From positions 576,001 to 640,000 of the forward strand of contig CAWKKR010000008.1 in the NCBI GenBank assembly GCA_963850305.1: 64,000 nucleotides of DNA, given 5' to 3'. This DNA comes from an uncultured delta proteobacterium (lineage in GTDB: Bacteria; Myxococcota_A; Polyangia; Polyangiales; Polyangiaceae). Of this stretch, positions 1 to 10,236 are shown one piece after another. The position numbers were made by a program, and so were the translations under genes. Every line of letters starts with the position of its first letter. Position 1 is the stretch's first letter. Under the pieces are notes generated by a model that searched no databases, was not told where the DNA came from, and saw only the letters and a list, made by a program, of their open reading frames with translations.

Positions 1-687
1 ACGTCGGCCGATGCCAGACCGCCTGCAGGAGAACGGCCCCTCCAGCATCCGGAGCGTCGGCTCCAGCACCTGGAGCGTCGGCTCCAGCACCCGGCGCGTC
101 GGCTCCAGCATCCGGCGCATCGGCTCCAGCATCCGGCGCATCGGCTCCAGCACCTGGAGCGTCGGCTCCAGCACCCGGCGCGTCGGCTCCAGCATCCGGA
201 GCGTCGGCTCCAGCACTTGGAGCGTCGGCTCCAGCACTTGGAGCGTCGGCTCCAGCACTTGGAGCGTCGGCTCCAGCACTTGGAGCGTCGTTCCAAGCGC
301 TCGGCGCGCGCTTCCGGACACGTAACTCGCCTTACCGCGCGCTGGTGTCGACGCTCCGCGTATCCGGGCCGCCCTTCCCGACGCTTGACTCGCCTCTCCG
401 CGCGCCTGACACGCCCTTCCCGACGCTTGACTCGCCTCTCCGCGCGCCTGACACGCCCTTCCCGACGCTGGTGTCGACGCTCCGCGTGTCCGGGCCGCCC
501 TCCCCGACGCTTGACTCGCTTTGCCGGACGTCGGTGTCATCTTCCCGAGCGCTCGGCGAGCGCTTCCGGACCCGGAGCTGGCCTTGCTAATCGCTCGGTG
601 CGCGCTTCCGCTGGCACGGCGCGCGTTGCCGGAGGTCCGGCACGGGTCTCCTGGCTCTGCGCCCTCGGGCTCCGGGCGCGCCTCCAT
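1..687 (-). CDS. Possible heptad-repeat protein (partial, runs off the left edge)
   Basis: ATG at 687, just downstream of tsaD, with no stop in that frame to the window edge (MEARPEPEG...GRACQARGEASQAS...TLQVLEPTLQVLE). The frame may be open only because of the repeat. Confidence 0.25.
   Translation of the reverse strand, partial: MEARPEPEGAEPGDPCRTSGNARRASGSAHRAISKASSGSGSARRALGKMTPTSGKASQASGRAARTRGASTPASGRACQARGEASQASGRACQARGEASQASGRAARIRGASTPARGKASYVSGSARRALGTTLQVLEPTLQVLEPTLQVLEPTLQVLEPTLRMLEPTRRVLEPTLQVLEPMRRMLEPMRRMLEPTRRVLEPTLQVLEPTLRMLEGPFSCRRSGIGRR
40..291. repeat. Tandem repeat, 12 x 21 nt (consensus CTCCAGCAYYYGGMGCGTCGG)
   Basis: Units start at 40, 61, 82 ... 271. The unit contains CTCCAG-cac-CTGGAG (a small hairpin) and reads LQHLERR on + and PTLQVLE on -. 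Confidence 0.95.
292..655. repeat. Degenerate 21/42-nt periodic tract continuing the array in register
   Basis: The 42-mer TCCCGACGCTTGACTCGCCTCTCCGCGCGCCTGACACGCCCT is duplicated, and a TCC-initiated 21-nt period persists to about 655. Confidence 0.75.
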
Positions 688-708
688 GCCGGTGATGCTG
701 CAGCTCTC

Positions 709-1776
709 TCACCCCACGCCCGCTCTTCGCCCGCGCCCTTTGCGCGTCACTCGCGCGAGCACCGTCGCGGGGCTCGTCTCGATCCGACCGGTGTCGTCTT
801 CACCGGCGCGGAGGCGCGAAAGGCCCGCCATGGCGATCATCGCGGCGTTGTCGGTGCAGCTCGCCGGAGCGGGGAGCACGACGCGGAGCTCGCGCTTCGC
901 ACAGGCTTCGGACATGCGTGCGCGCAGCTCGCGGTTCGCCGCGACGCCCCCGCCGAGTACGACGGTCGACACGCGCTCGCGAAGCGCCGCGGCGATCGTC
1001 TTTCGCACGAGCACCTCGACGACGCGGTGCTGGAATGCCGCGCAGAGATCGCGGAGGCGCTGATCGTCGGCGAACGGGCCGTGACTCTCGACGAACCGGG
1101 CGACATTCGTCTTGATGCCGGAGAAGCTGAACTCGAGGGAGTCGCGCCGCGGCATCGGAGGCGATACGGCAATGGCGTGCGGGTCGCCCTCGGCCGCGAG
1201 GCGATCGATCACCGGTCCTCCGGGATAACCCAGGCCGAGGGCCTTGGCGACCTTGTCGAAGGCTTCGCCCGCGGCATCGTCGCGCGTCGCGCCGAGCTCG
1301 TGGATCGCGCTCGGCTCGAGGCCGTCGACGCGATAGAGCGCCGTGTGTCCGCCCGATACGAGCAGCGCGACGAACGGTAGCTCGGGCCGATCGGTGGGCA
1401 TCCCGGGTCGCACGAGATACGCCGACGACAGATGCCCGACGAGGTGGTCGACGCCGACGACGGCCTTGTGCGCGCCCCAGGCGAGCCCCTGTGCGATCTG
1501 CACGCCCACGAGCAGCGCCCCGGTCAGCCCCGGACGGCACGTGACGGCGATCCCGTCCACGTGCGCGATATCGACCTTCGCTTGCTCCAGCGCGGAAGCG
1601 ACGACGAGGGGAGCGTTCCGCAGGTGGTCCCGCGACGCGAGCTCGGGGACGACGCCGCCGTACGGCGCGTGCACGGCGATCTGGGTGTGCACGACGTCGG
1701 ACACCACGCGGCCTTCGTCGTCGACCACGGCCGCGGCCGTCTCGTCACAAGACGTCTCGATGCCGAGCACGAGCAT
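709..1776 (-). CDS. tsaD: tRNA N6-adenosine threonylcarbamoyltransferase
   Basis: LGIETSCDETAAAVV, GGVVPELASRDH, HLVGH, LLVSGGHT, DDAAGEAFDK, FSFSGIKT and CTDNAAMIA motifs. Confidence 0.97.
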   Translation of the reverse strand: MLVLGIETSCDETAAAVVDDEGRVVSDVVHTQIAVHAPYGGVVPELASRDHLRNAPLVVASALEQAKVDIAHVDGIAVTCRPGLTGALLVGVQIAQGLAWGAHKAVVGVDHLVGHLSSAYLVRPGMPTDRPELPFVALLVSGGHTALYRVDGLEPSAIHELGATRDDAAGEAFDKVAKALGLGYPGGPVIDRLAAEGDPHAIAVSPPMPRRDSLEFSFSGIKTNVARFVESHGPFADDQRLRDLCAAFQHRVVEVLVRKTIAAALRERVSTVVLGGGVAANRELRARMSEACAKRELRVVLPAPASCTDNAAMIAMAGLSRLRAGEDDTGRIETSPATVLARVTRKGRGRRAGVG

Positions 1777-1794
1777 GCGAGTCTGCCGGAGCCC

Positions 1795-2322
1795 TCAGTA
1801 CCCGCAGCCGTCGTCGTTGCGGTCGAGACTGAAGAGCGCGAATGCGTCGCCTTGCGGTACGCCGTTCACGGCGGCGCCCGCGGGCTTCATGAGCCGCACC
1901 TCGACGTGGTCGTTCTTGTATAGCGACGTGACGGAGTACATCGTCCCGCGACACGTCGAGTCCACCCACGCCAGGATGTTGTGCACCTGGCCATCCTCGA
2001 ACGACATGGTCGAAATGGAGTCCGGGACCATCTCCTTCGTGACGCGGAGCGCGGCATGCGAGAACGTCGGCTGCGGCGCGCACGGGCCGGCGACATCGTC
2101 CGTCGTGAGATGGCCGGGGACGGTCGTGAGGTTCGCCGTGTCGATCTCGACGCGCATGCGTAGGTCGTGCGCGAAGCCGCCCTCGGTGTCGGGCGTGAGG
2201 ATGAATTGCCCGCCCACGACGGAGCCGCAGTACGCCGCGCCGTTCGTCGTGTCGAACTGCTGGATGGTCTGACACCCGAGCAGCGAGGCGATGCCGAACG
2301 GAACGACGAGGTGACGGAGCAT
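1795..2322 (-). CDS. Hypothetical lipoprotein
   Basis: Signal peptide ending LLGC, several Cys; in tandem with the neighbouring genes. Confidence 0.75.
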   Translation of the reverse strand: MLRHLVVPFGIASLLGCQTIQQFDTTNGAAYCGSVVGGQFILTPDTEGGFAHDLRMRVEIDTANLTTVPGHLTTDDVAGPCAPQPTFSHAALRVTKEMVPDSISTMSFEDGQVHNILAWVDSTCRGTMYSVTSLYKNDHVEVRLMKPAGAAVNGVPQGDAFALFSLDRNDDGCGY

Positions 2323-2340
2323 GCGCGCGGAGAGTGTAAC

Positions 2341-5300
2341 TTACGGCGACCGCGACAGGAGGCTCTTCGCGAGCTCCCGGACGCGGGGCTCCGGATCGGC
2401 GCGAGCGACGCTTTCGAGCGAGCGACTGGCCTTGTCGCCGGGCGCGCCGCGCAGGGCCCGGACCGCGCTCTCCCGGACGAAAGCGATCGGATCGCGTCCC
2501 GCGACGGTCGCGAGGGCGGCGATGGCCGCGTCCGCCCGGGGCCCGTTCACGAGCGCTCCGAGCGCCCGCGTGGCGCGCTCGCGCATCGGCCAGTCCCCTG
2601 CCGTCTCGGACAGCTTGATCACGGCGTCGAGCGCGCGGTCGTCCCTCGTGCGCGAAAGCGATGCGAGCGCCGCTCGCTGAACGGAAGCGTCCTTATCGTC
2701 GAGCGCGGCGACGACGGCGGCGCGCGCCGCGTCCTCGGGACGATACGAGAGCACGCGGATCGCGTGGGCGCGCACGTCGGCCGACGGGTGGTGCGTCAGC
2801 AGCAGGAACGGCTCGACGAGCGCGGCAGCGACGCGCTCGAGCGTCGCGTCGGCCGCCGCGCGCGCATCCGGCGAGGCGGTGTCGAGGTCGTCCGTCAGCG
2901 GCGCGAACGTGGGCTTCCCGTTTCGCCCGAGCAACGCGTCGGCGACGACGCTCGCTCCCTCCGGGCCCGAGCGGACCGCCGTCACGGCAGCGTCGACGAG
3001 CTCCTTCTCGAGGTTCGCGACGGCCCGAGCGCGATCGTCTGCGGTGAAGCCCGTCGGGCGTAGCTCCTCGAGCACCGTCCGGACCTCGATGCGCCCCTCC
3101 GGCATCGGCAATACGTCGGCGGGGGCTCGATAGTCGCGCGTCGCGAGCACGAGCGCGGCGTCGGACGCCGCCGCTCGGAGCTCCACGTCCGGGCCGACGA
3201 GAGCATTCGCGACGGCCGTCTTGGCGGACGGTGAACGGGTGCGCGCAAGGGCCAGCACCGCGGTCCCACACAGAACCGGGTCCGTCGATTCCGCAAGGCG
3301 CGTCAGGACGGCGTCCGCGGCTGGCGACGCCCCGAGCGCCCCGAGCGCGTACGCGGCCGCGGCGCGGACCACGATCTCCTGATCGGACGAGTCGGCGAGG
3401 GCCACGAGCGCGCGAGCGTCGGCGTGGTTCGCGAGCAATCCGAGACCGATGGCACCCAGCGCGCGGACGCTCGGCGCGTCGCTGGAGAGCATCTCGACGA
3501 GCAGCGGGCGCGCCTTCGGGCTCTGCATGCGCGCGACGCTCCACGCGGCGGCGACGGCGACCGTGTCCGTCTCGTCCACGCGCACGTTGCCCGCGGGGGC
3601 GATGATGGCCGCGATGCGCGGCAGCAGCGCCGGATCCCGGAGCTCGCCGACGGCGAGCATCGCGCGCGTTCGCAGCTCCCCCTCGGCCTTGCCCATCGCG
3701 AACGTGATGAGCGCGGGCCCCGCGCTCGCGTTGGAGATGTACGAGAGCAGATCGACCGCGATCCGCTGCTGGGAATCCCGATCGTCCGACAGCGCGTCGA
3801 GGAGCGGCTTGACCGCGCGTTCGCCGAGCTCGTGCAGCGCCGCGCGCGCGGCCGTCGCCCGCGCCGGATCCGACGCGTTCGCCTCGTGCTCCAGCGGGAA
3901 CGCGAGGTTGCCGTACACCTCCACGAGCAGGCGACGGTAGATCGGCCGCCCCGGGTTTCCGAGTGCCACCGGCAAGAGCTCGCGCTCGAGCGATTCGAGC
4001 GTCCCTCGGCCGAGGTTCAGCTGCATGCTGAGCCTCGCGGCGCGCGCTACGAGCTCGTCGTCCGGGCAGGCTCGCACGACGCGCCGGAGCAACCGGTCCG
4101 CTTCATCCACCTCGCCGCGCGTGACGAGGAGATCGGCCAGGTCGAAGTAGACCGGAAATTGGCGGTCGTTCTTCGCCAGGGCAAGCCTGAGCTCGACGAT
4201 CGCGTGGTCCACGTCCTGGCGCCGCCGGTACATCTCGCCGAGCTTCCGGTGCCCCTCGGCGTCATCCGGACTGAGCTCGACGGCCTTCGATGCATAACGG
4301 ATGGCGTCGTCGTCACGGTAGAGCTCCGCGGAGTATTGCGCCATGCGCTCGTAATACTCGCGGGCGCGTCGCGCATCGACGTTCACGAGCCGCGCGAGCA
4401 CGGTGATCGCCGCGGCCAGCTCGTGCTGTGCGACGAGCGCGCGCTCGAGCGACAGGTACGCCTCTTCGTCGCCGGGGTCCTTCGTCACGATGACGCGCAG
4501 CACGCGCTCCGCGTCCGAGGGTCGTCGCAGCCTCCCGTATACTTCGGCGAGCAAGCGCCCCGCCTCGAGATCCGGCGGCGCCTGCGCCAGGCGCCGCTCG
4601 AGAGGACGCGCGTGGTCGCTCAGGCTCCCTTCGAGACTCCAGATCGTGACGATGTGCTGCCGTGCTTCGCGCGCTCCGGCCGGGTCGGGAGCTTCGTGGA
4701 GCAGGTTCTGCCAGAGCCGCGTCGCGGCGTCGTACTGGTCGCTGCGCGCGACCCCGGAAGCGCTCGTCCCGGTGCGTTCGAGCGCGAGCGCGAGCGCCTT
4801 CTGGTACTTGAGCTCGTGCGGGGCAAGCTCCGAGGCCTGTTTGAGGGCCAAAAGCGCCTCGTCCGACAGGTCGTGCTCGAGGAGCACCTCGCCGAGCGAG
4901 TGCAGCCCCTTCGCCCGGTCGGGGACCATGACGCGGATTCTCTCCCAGATCTCCCGAGCCCGCTTCGTGTCCCCCTTCCTGTAATACTGGTCGCCGAGAT
5001 CGACGAGATACCGCGGGTCGCTGCCACGCGTATTCGCGAGCCTGTCGAGGAGCCGCGTCGCGCGGTCCGGCTCGTTGATGCGCTCGTAGAAGTCGACGAG
5101 CGCCGACGCAGTCTCGTCGTCCCCCGCCGTGCGCGCCTCGAGCCGGCCGAGCTCGGCGAGCGCGCGCGCGCGGTCCCCGCGCTGGATCAGCGTCTCGGCG
5201 AAGCGAAAGACGAAGTCCGGATCGTTCGGCGACGCGCGGATGAGGAGCTCGTACTCGTGAGACGCCTGGTCGAGCTTCCCCTCGATCTCGAAGAGCTGCA

Positions 5301-6450
5301 CGACCTTGAGGCGTGTCGCGATATCGTCCTTCCGCGCGAGCGCGCGCTGATACGCTGCAAGCGCATCCTCGACGCGGCCCGTCTCTTCGTACAGGCCGCC
5401 GAGCAGCGTCAGTCGTTCGAAGTCGTCCGGGTGCTCGGCCTCGAGCAGCTTTACGAGCTCCGCAACGCCGCCTTTCGCACGATAGACGTCCGCCATCGTG
5501 TCGAGGATCTCGCGGCGGAGCCCGGATTGCCCGCCCGCGGCGGTGAGCGCCTTGCGCAGCACGTCGAGCGATTCCTGAGTCTTGTTCTCGCGCGCGAGTG
5601 TCCGTCCGAGGTCGCGCTCGGCCGGCGCGAGCGCACGGTTGTCACCGAGAGCCCACTTCACGACCTTGCGATACTCGGCCTCCGCGCGCTCGAACTCCCC
5701 GCGGTCGAAAAGATCGCGTCCGAGCTCCTCGCGCGCGAGAAACGAGCCCTTGGCGCGAGTGACGATCCCGTCGTGGTACTTCTCCGCAGCCGCGTAGTCG
5801 TCGAGCGAAAGACAGAGGCCGAGGAGGGTGTGCAGGAGCTGCTCGCGGTCGGCGTCGCCCTGCACGTCGGGAAGAGCCTCTTCGTACCTCCTCCGCGCGC
5901 CGGCCTTGTCCCCACGCGATTCGAGGAGCCGCCCGAGCGCGAGCACGCCGACCGGATTCTTCGGCGCTTCGGCGATCGCGCGCTCGTAAGCAGCGACGGC
6001 TTTGTCGGACTGTGCATCGTGGGCAAGCGTGCCGCCGAGGGCGACGAGAGCCGCGTAGCGCTCCGTACCGGTCTTGTCGGAGCGCGACGAAAGCTCGGCG
6101 ATGAGCTTGTCGAGATTGCCGTCGCGCTCGCGGTAGAGCTCGACGAGGCGCTCGAGCGGGAACGGCTCGCCGGGCCGCGCGAGCACGAGCGCCGTGTACC
6201 GAGCAATGAGCACCTCCGTGCTCTCGCCGTTCTCCGTCGCGCCGGGGTTTTGACCGGCGGCCCCCGACGGCGACGACGCCGCGCTCGGGCCGTGACCCGC
6301 TGCCCCGTGACCCGGCGCATGCGACGCTCCCCTCGCGCTCGGATGCTTCCCCGCATGACGGCCGAGCGGATTGAAGTCGGCAAACGCCGGCGACGCTCCG
6401 AGGGCGAGAGCGACGCACCCGAAGGCACCGAGACGGAAAAACGCGCGCAC
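2341..6450 (-). CDS. Large secreted TPR-repeat / HEAT-repeat protein (1369 aa)
   Basis: Signal peptide (ASPAFA), many TPR helices (A..AY.RAL), C-terminal HEAT-like repeats (VRA.A..AL). Confidence 0.85.
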   Translation of the reverse strand: MRAFFRLGAFGCVALALGASPAFADFNPLGRHAGKHPSARGASHAPGHGAAGHGPSAASSPSGAAGQNPGATENGESTEVLIARYTALVLARPGEPFPLERLVELYRERDGNLDKLIAELSSRSDKTGTERYAALVALGGTLAHDAQSDKAVAAYERAIAEAPKNPVGVLALGRLLESRGDKAGARRRYEEALPDVQGDADREQLLHTLLGLCLSLDDYAAAEKYHDGIVTRAKGSFLAREELGRDLFDRGEFERAEAEYRKVVKWALGDNRALAPAERDLGRTLARENKTQESLDVLRKALTAAGGQSGLRREILDTMADVYRAKGGVAELVKLLEAEHPDDFERLTLLGGLYEETGRVEDALAAYQRALARKDDIATRLKVVQLFEIEGKLDQASHEYELLIRASPNDPDFVFRFAETLIQRGDRARALAELGRLEARTAGDDETASALVDFYERINEPDRATRLLDRLANTRGSDPRYLVDLGDQYYRKGDTKRAREIWERIRVMVPDRAKGLHSLGEVLLEHDLSDEALLALKQASELAPHELKYQKALALALERTGTSASGVARSDQYDAATRLWQNLLHEAPDPAGAREARQHIVTIWSLEGSLSDHARPLERRLAQAPPDLEAGRLLAEVYGRLRRPSDAERVLRVIVTKDPGDEEAYLSLERALVAQHELAAAITVLARLVNVDARRAREYYERMAQYSAELYRDDDAIRYASKAVELSPDDAEGHRKLGEMYRRRQDVDHAIVELRLALAKNDRQFPVYFDLADLLVTRGEVDEADRLLRRVVRACPDDELVARAARLSMQLNLGRGTLESLERELLPVALGNPGRPIYRRLLVEVYGNLAFPLEHEANASDPARATAARAALHELGERAVKPLLDALSDDRDSQQRIAVDLLSYISNASAGPALITFAMGKAEGELRTRAMLAVGELRDPALLPRIAAIIAPAGNVRVDETDTVAVAAAWSVARMQSPKARPLLVEMLSSDAPSVRALGAIGLGLLANHADARALVALADSSDQEIVVRAAAAYALGALGASPAADAVLTRLAESTDPVLCGTAVLALARTRSPSAKTAVANALVGPDVELRAAASDAALVLATRDYRAPADVLPMPEGRIEVRTVLEELRPTGFTADDRARAVANLEKELVDAAVTAVRSGPEGASVVADALLGRNGKPTFAPLTDDLDTASPDARAAADATLERVAAALVEPFLLLTHHPSADVRAHAIRVLSYRPEDAARAAVVAALDDKDASVQRAALASLSRTRDDRALDAVIKLSETAGDWPMRERATRALGALVNGPRADAAIAALATVAGRDPIAFVRESAVRALRGAPGDKASRSLESVARADPEPRVRELAKSLLSRSP

Positions 6451-6610
6451 GAAATCCGAGCCTACGCTGGAGACAGTGTGCGAGCCAGTCGGTCTGCCGC
6501 CGCCACTTTCTTCGCGCCGTCGTCTCGGGAGAACCCCGCTTTGTGCATCCGCGGGTCGCCCCTGAAGACCCCGATTTTCGGGTAGCGACGATCATGCTAC
6601 TCCGTCCCGC

Positions 6611-7507
6611 GTGACGGCGCGCGCCAGGAACCCCGTCGTCGGGCTCGTCCAGTCAAGCACGACACCCGACAAGAAGACCAACGTGGACCGGGCCCTGCAG
6701 GGGATCCGTGAAGCGGCGCGGCGCGGCGCCACGCTCGTCTGTCTCGAGGAGCTCTTCGCGTCGCCGTACTTCTGCCAGGTCGAAGACGCCTCCCTCTTCG
6801 ACCTCGCGGAACCCGTCCCGGGGCCGACCACCGATCGGGTCGCGTCGGCGGCCCGGGACGCGAACGTCACCGTGGTCGCGAGCGTCTTCGAGCGCCGCGC
6901 CGCGGGCGTGTATCACAACACCGCGGTCGTCTACGGGCCGGACGGCACCGAGCTCGCGCGGTACCGGAAGATGCACATCCCGGACGATCCGCAGTACTAC
7001 GAGAAGTTCTACTTCACCCCCGGCGACCTCGGCTTCGTCGCGTGTCCGACGCCGAGCGCCGTCGTCGGGACGCTCGTGTGCTGGGACCAATGGTACCCGG
7101 AGGCCGCGCGACTCACGGCGCTCCGCGGCGCGGAGATCCTCTGTTACCCGACGGCGATCGGATGGCTGCCGCGCGACAAGTCGGAGCATGGGGCCGCACA
7201 GCTCTCGGCATGGCAAACGATCCAGCGGAGCCACGCGATCGCGAACGGCGTGTTCGTCGTCGCGACGAACCGCGTGGGCGTCGAAAAGAGCGACGCCGGC
7301 GAGATCGAGTTCTGGGGACACTCGTTCGTGTGCGACCCCGCCGGCAACGTGATCGCGGAGGCTGGCGCGGGGGAAGAAGTGCTGATCGTGGAATGCGACC
7401 TTTCGAAGATCGAGGCCACGCGCCGCGGCTGGCCGTTCCTGCGCGACCGTCGCATCGACGCCTTCGGGGATCTCGCGAAGCGCTGGATCGAGCGCGACGA
7501 CTCATGA
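6611..7507 (+). CDS. aguB: N-carbamoylputrescine amidase (carbon-nitrogen hydrolase)
   Basis: YRKMHIPDDPQYYEKFYFTPGD, VCWDQWYPEAAR, WPFLRDRR; adjacent to agmatine deiminase. Confidence 0.9.
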   Translation: MTARARNPVVGLVQSSTTPDKKTNVDRALQGIREAARRGATLVCLEELFASPYFCQVEDASLFDLAEPVPGPTTDRVASAARDANVTVVASVFERRAAGVYHNTAVVYGPDGTELARYRKMHIPDDPQYYEKFYFTPGDLGFVACPTPSAVVGTLVCWDQWYPEAARLTALRGAEILCYPTAIGWLPRDKSEHGAAQLSAWQTIQRSHAIANGVFVVATNRVGVEKSDAGEIEFWGHSFVCDPAGNVIAEAGAGEEVLIVECDLSKIEATRRGWPFLRDRRIDAFGDLAKRWIERDDS

Positions 7508-8578
7508 AGGTGCCCGACGCGACGCCGCGTGCGCTCGGGTTCCGCATGCCCGCGGAGTGGGCACCGCACGCCGCGACGTGGCTCGCGTGGCCGCACAACG
7601 CGGACGACTGGCCCGGCAAATTCGAGCGCATTCCGGAGGTATTCGTCGAGATCGCACGCGTGCTCTCCGAGGTCGAACGCGTGCGTCTCATCGTCGACGG
7701 TCCGGAGCGCGAGGCCGAGGTACGCGCGCTGCTCGCCAGGGGCCGCGCAGACGTCTCCAGCGTCGATTTCTTCCACGCGAGGACCGATCGCTCGTGGACG
7801 CGCGACTTCATTCCTCTCTTCGTACGAAGTGAAGCCGAGCTCGCCGCGGTAAAGTTCCGGTTCGACGGCTGGGCCCGCTACGACAATCACGAGCTCGACG
7901 ACGCCGCGGGCGAGAGCGTCCCCGCGTGGCGTGGCATCCGCGGTTGGCGAGCGACCGCGCCGCGAGACGGGCGGAGCGCGAGCGTCGTGCTCGAGGGCGG
8001 GGCCATCGACGTCGACGGTGAAGGGACGCTCCTGGCTTCCGACGATTGTCTCGTCACGGGAGCCCACGGGCGGAACGCGTGGCTCGGCAAGGCCGGAACG
8101 GAGCGCGTGCTCGCCGACTATCTCGGAGTGGACAAGGTGGTGTGGGTCGGCGCGGGCGTCGCGGGCGACGACACCGCGGGCCACGTCGACGATTTCGTGC
8201 GCTTCGTCGCGCCGGGCAGAGTCGTCCTCGCCGAGGAACGGAATCCGCGAGATCCGAACTACCGACCGCTCTGCGAAAGCCACGATCGACTCGCGGGTGC
8301 GACCGACGCCAAGGGAAGGCGCCTCGAGATCGTCCGGCTGCCGATGCCCGCGCCCGTCCTCTGGGGCGAGGAGCGCTTGCCCGCGAGCTACGCGAACTAC
8401 TACGTCGCGAACGAGCGCGTCCTCGTCCCGACCTTCGACGACCCAGCCGACTCCAGGGCGGTCGGGATCTTCGAGTGAACTATTTCCCGCGCGCCGCGTC
8501 GTGGGGATCCGCGCGGTCGATCTCGTGCTCGGCCTCGGGACCGTGCATTGCAGTACGCACGAAGAGCCCGCCGTCTGA
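7504..8578 (+). CDS. aguA: Agmatine deiminase (frameshift near 8472)
   Basis: RMPAEWAPH, WTRD, LEGGAIDVDGEGT, DDTAGHVDD, PASYANYY. The C-terminal GLGTVHCST with the catalytic Cys is in the shifted frame, which ends at 8578. Confidence 0.9.
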
Positions 8579-8710
8579 CGCCGCGACTCCGGTCCAGGAA
8601 GGTTCAACCACTCGGGCGCGCGTCCGGACCCGGGACAAGCTCTGCGGAGCATGGTACGGGTCACGCGGATCGAGAGCGTCGGCGGGTGAGCTCGCCCCAG
8701 GGATGGATCG

Positions 8711-9955
8711 ATGATGCGACGAGTCGTCATAACGGGGATCGGGGCCGTGAGCCCGTGCGGCGCGGACACCGAAAGCACCTGGTCGGCCATTGCCGCCGGG
8801 AAGAGCGGGATCGGGCCGGTGACGCGGTTCGACGCCTCGAAGCATGCGTCGCGCATCGCGGGAGAGGTGAAGGGGTTCGTGCCGGAGAAGTGGATCGAGA
8901 AGAAGAAAGTGAAGGAGGGCGACACCTTCATTCATTACTCGATCGCTGCGAGCCGCATGGCCGTGGAGGGCGCGCACTTCGAGCCGACCGACTCCGAGCG
9001 CGAGCGCATCGGCACGATCATCGGCGTCGGTCTCGGCGGACTCGACTTCATCGAGAAGACCGCGAAGGTCTTGAACGAGAAGGGGCCGAGCCGCGTCACG
9101 CCGTACTTCATTCCCGCGACCATCGCGAACCTGGCCGCCGGACAGGTGTCGATCCTCTACGGCTTCAAGGGCGCCAGCTTTTCGACGACCAGCGCGTGCG
9201 CGTCCGGGGTGCACGCCATCGGAGAAGCGTTCCGCGCCATTCGCCACGGATACATGGACGGCTGTGTCGCCGGTGGCTGCGAATCCTGTATCACGCCGCT
9301 CTCCATGGCCGGGTTTTCGCAGATGCGTGCGCTCTCGACCCGGAACGAGGAGCCCGAGCGCGCGAGCCGACCCTTCGATCGGGATCGCGACGGGTTCGTG
9401 ATCGGCGAGGGCGCGGGCGTCGTGTTGCTCGAGGAGCGCGATGCGGCAATCCGGCGTGGCGCTCACATTCACGCAGAACTGATCGGCTACGGTGCGACGG
9501 CGGACGCACATCATCTGACTCAGCCGGCGCCCGAGGCCGAAGGCGCACAGCGCGCGATGCGCGCCGCCATCGCCGACGCAAGCGTCGCGGCGAGCGACAT
9601 CGACTACGTGAACGCCCACGGCACGTCGACACCGGCCGGCGATGCAAACGAGCTGATCGCGATTCGCAAAGTGCTCGGGGATCGGGCGACGAATGGTCTC
9701 CTCGTTTCGAGCACGAAGAGCATGACCGGGCATCTCCTCGGCGGCGCAGGCGCGCTCGAAACGGTGTTGACCGTTCTCGCCATCGAGCGAGGACTCGTCC
9801 CCGCGACGATCAATCTCGAGAATCCGGTGGAAGAAGCGGCAGGGATGGATCTGGTGCCCAACCTCGCTCGAGAGACGAAGATACGCGTCGCGATGAACAA
9901 CTCGTTCGGGTTCGGCGGGACGAATGCCACGCTGATTCTCGAGCGACACGCTTGA
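8711..9955 (+). CDS. fabF: 3-oxoacyl-ACP synthase II
   Basis: RRVVITGIG, TTSACASG, YVNAHGTST, KSMTGHLLGGAG, NSFGFGGTNA. Confidence 0.95.
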   Translation: MMRRVVITGIGAVSPCGADTESTWSAIAAGKSGIGPVTRFDASKHASRIAGEVKGFVPEKWIEKKKVKEGDTFIHYSIAASRMAVEGAHFEPTDSERERIGTIIGVGLGGLDFIEKTAKVLNEKGPSRVTPYFIPATIANLAAGQVSILYGFKGASFSTTSACASGVHAIGEAFRAIRHGYMDGCVAGGCESCITPLSMAGFSQMRALSTRNEEPERASRPFDRDRDGFVIGEGAGVVLLEERDAAIRRGAHIHAELIGYGATADAHHLTQPAPEAEGAQRAMRAAIADASVAASDIDYVNAHGTSTPAGDANELIAIRKVLGDRATNGLLVSSTKSMTGHLLGGAGALETVLTVLAIERGLVPATINLENPVEEAAGMDLVPNLARETKIRVAMNNSFGFGGTNATLILERHA

Positions 9956-9967
9956 ACGCGGTCCCCG

Positions 9968-10231
9968 TCACGGTCGTGGAGCGGTCACCGTGCTCGACGG
10001 TGGTTCGACGCCCGCCGAGTCGTCACCGTCGTCATCGTCCGACTCCGGCTCGGGTGTCTGCTGGAGCTCCTGTTCCGTCGTCTCCGACGGGTCGACGGCG
10101 CGCGCCGAGCTGATCCTGGGCGGCGGCGGCGCCGGAGCCGACGCCGACAGCGGCGTCGCGGACGGAATCTGCTGGCTGCAAGCGACGGCCATGCCGCCGA
10201 CCAGCAGAGCGAACGGAACTCCGCGAGCCAT
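9968..10231 (-). CDS. Small lipoprotein, Pro/acidic-rich
   Basis: MARGVPFALLVGGMAVAC signal peptide/lipobox; starts 6 nt after the DAHP synthase stop. Confidence 0.6.
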   Translation of the reverse strand: MARGVPFALLVGGMAVACSQQIPSATPLSASAPAPPPPRISSARAVDPSETTEQELQQTPEPESDDDDGDDSAGVEPPSSTVTAPRP

Positions 10232-10236
10232 GGCTC

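Noticed and set aside
40..291. CRISPR array
   Set aside because: Units are contiguous with no unique spacers, and there are no cas genes in the window.
3424..6585. 1053-aa plus-strand ORF and similar long antisense ORFs (8480-9949, 36064-37773, 48214-49836)
   Set aside because: Shadow frames of real high-GC genes; Arg/Ala-rich with no motifs.
8476..8478. Selenocysteine or readthrough TGA in aguA
   Set aside because: The conserved C-terminus continues in a different frame, so this is an indel, not readthrough.
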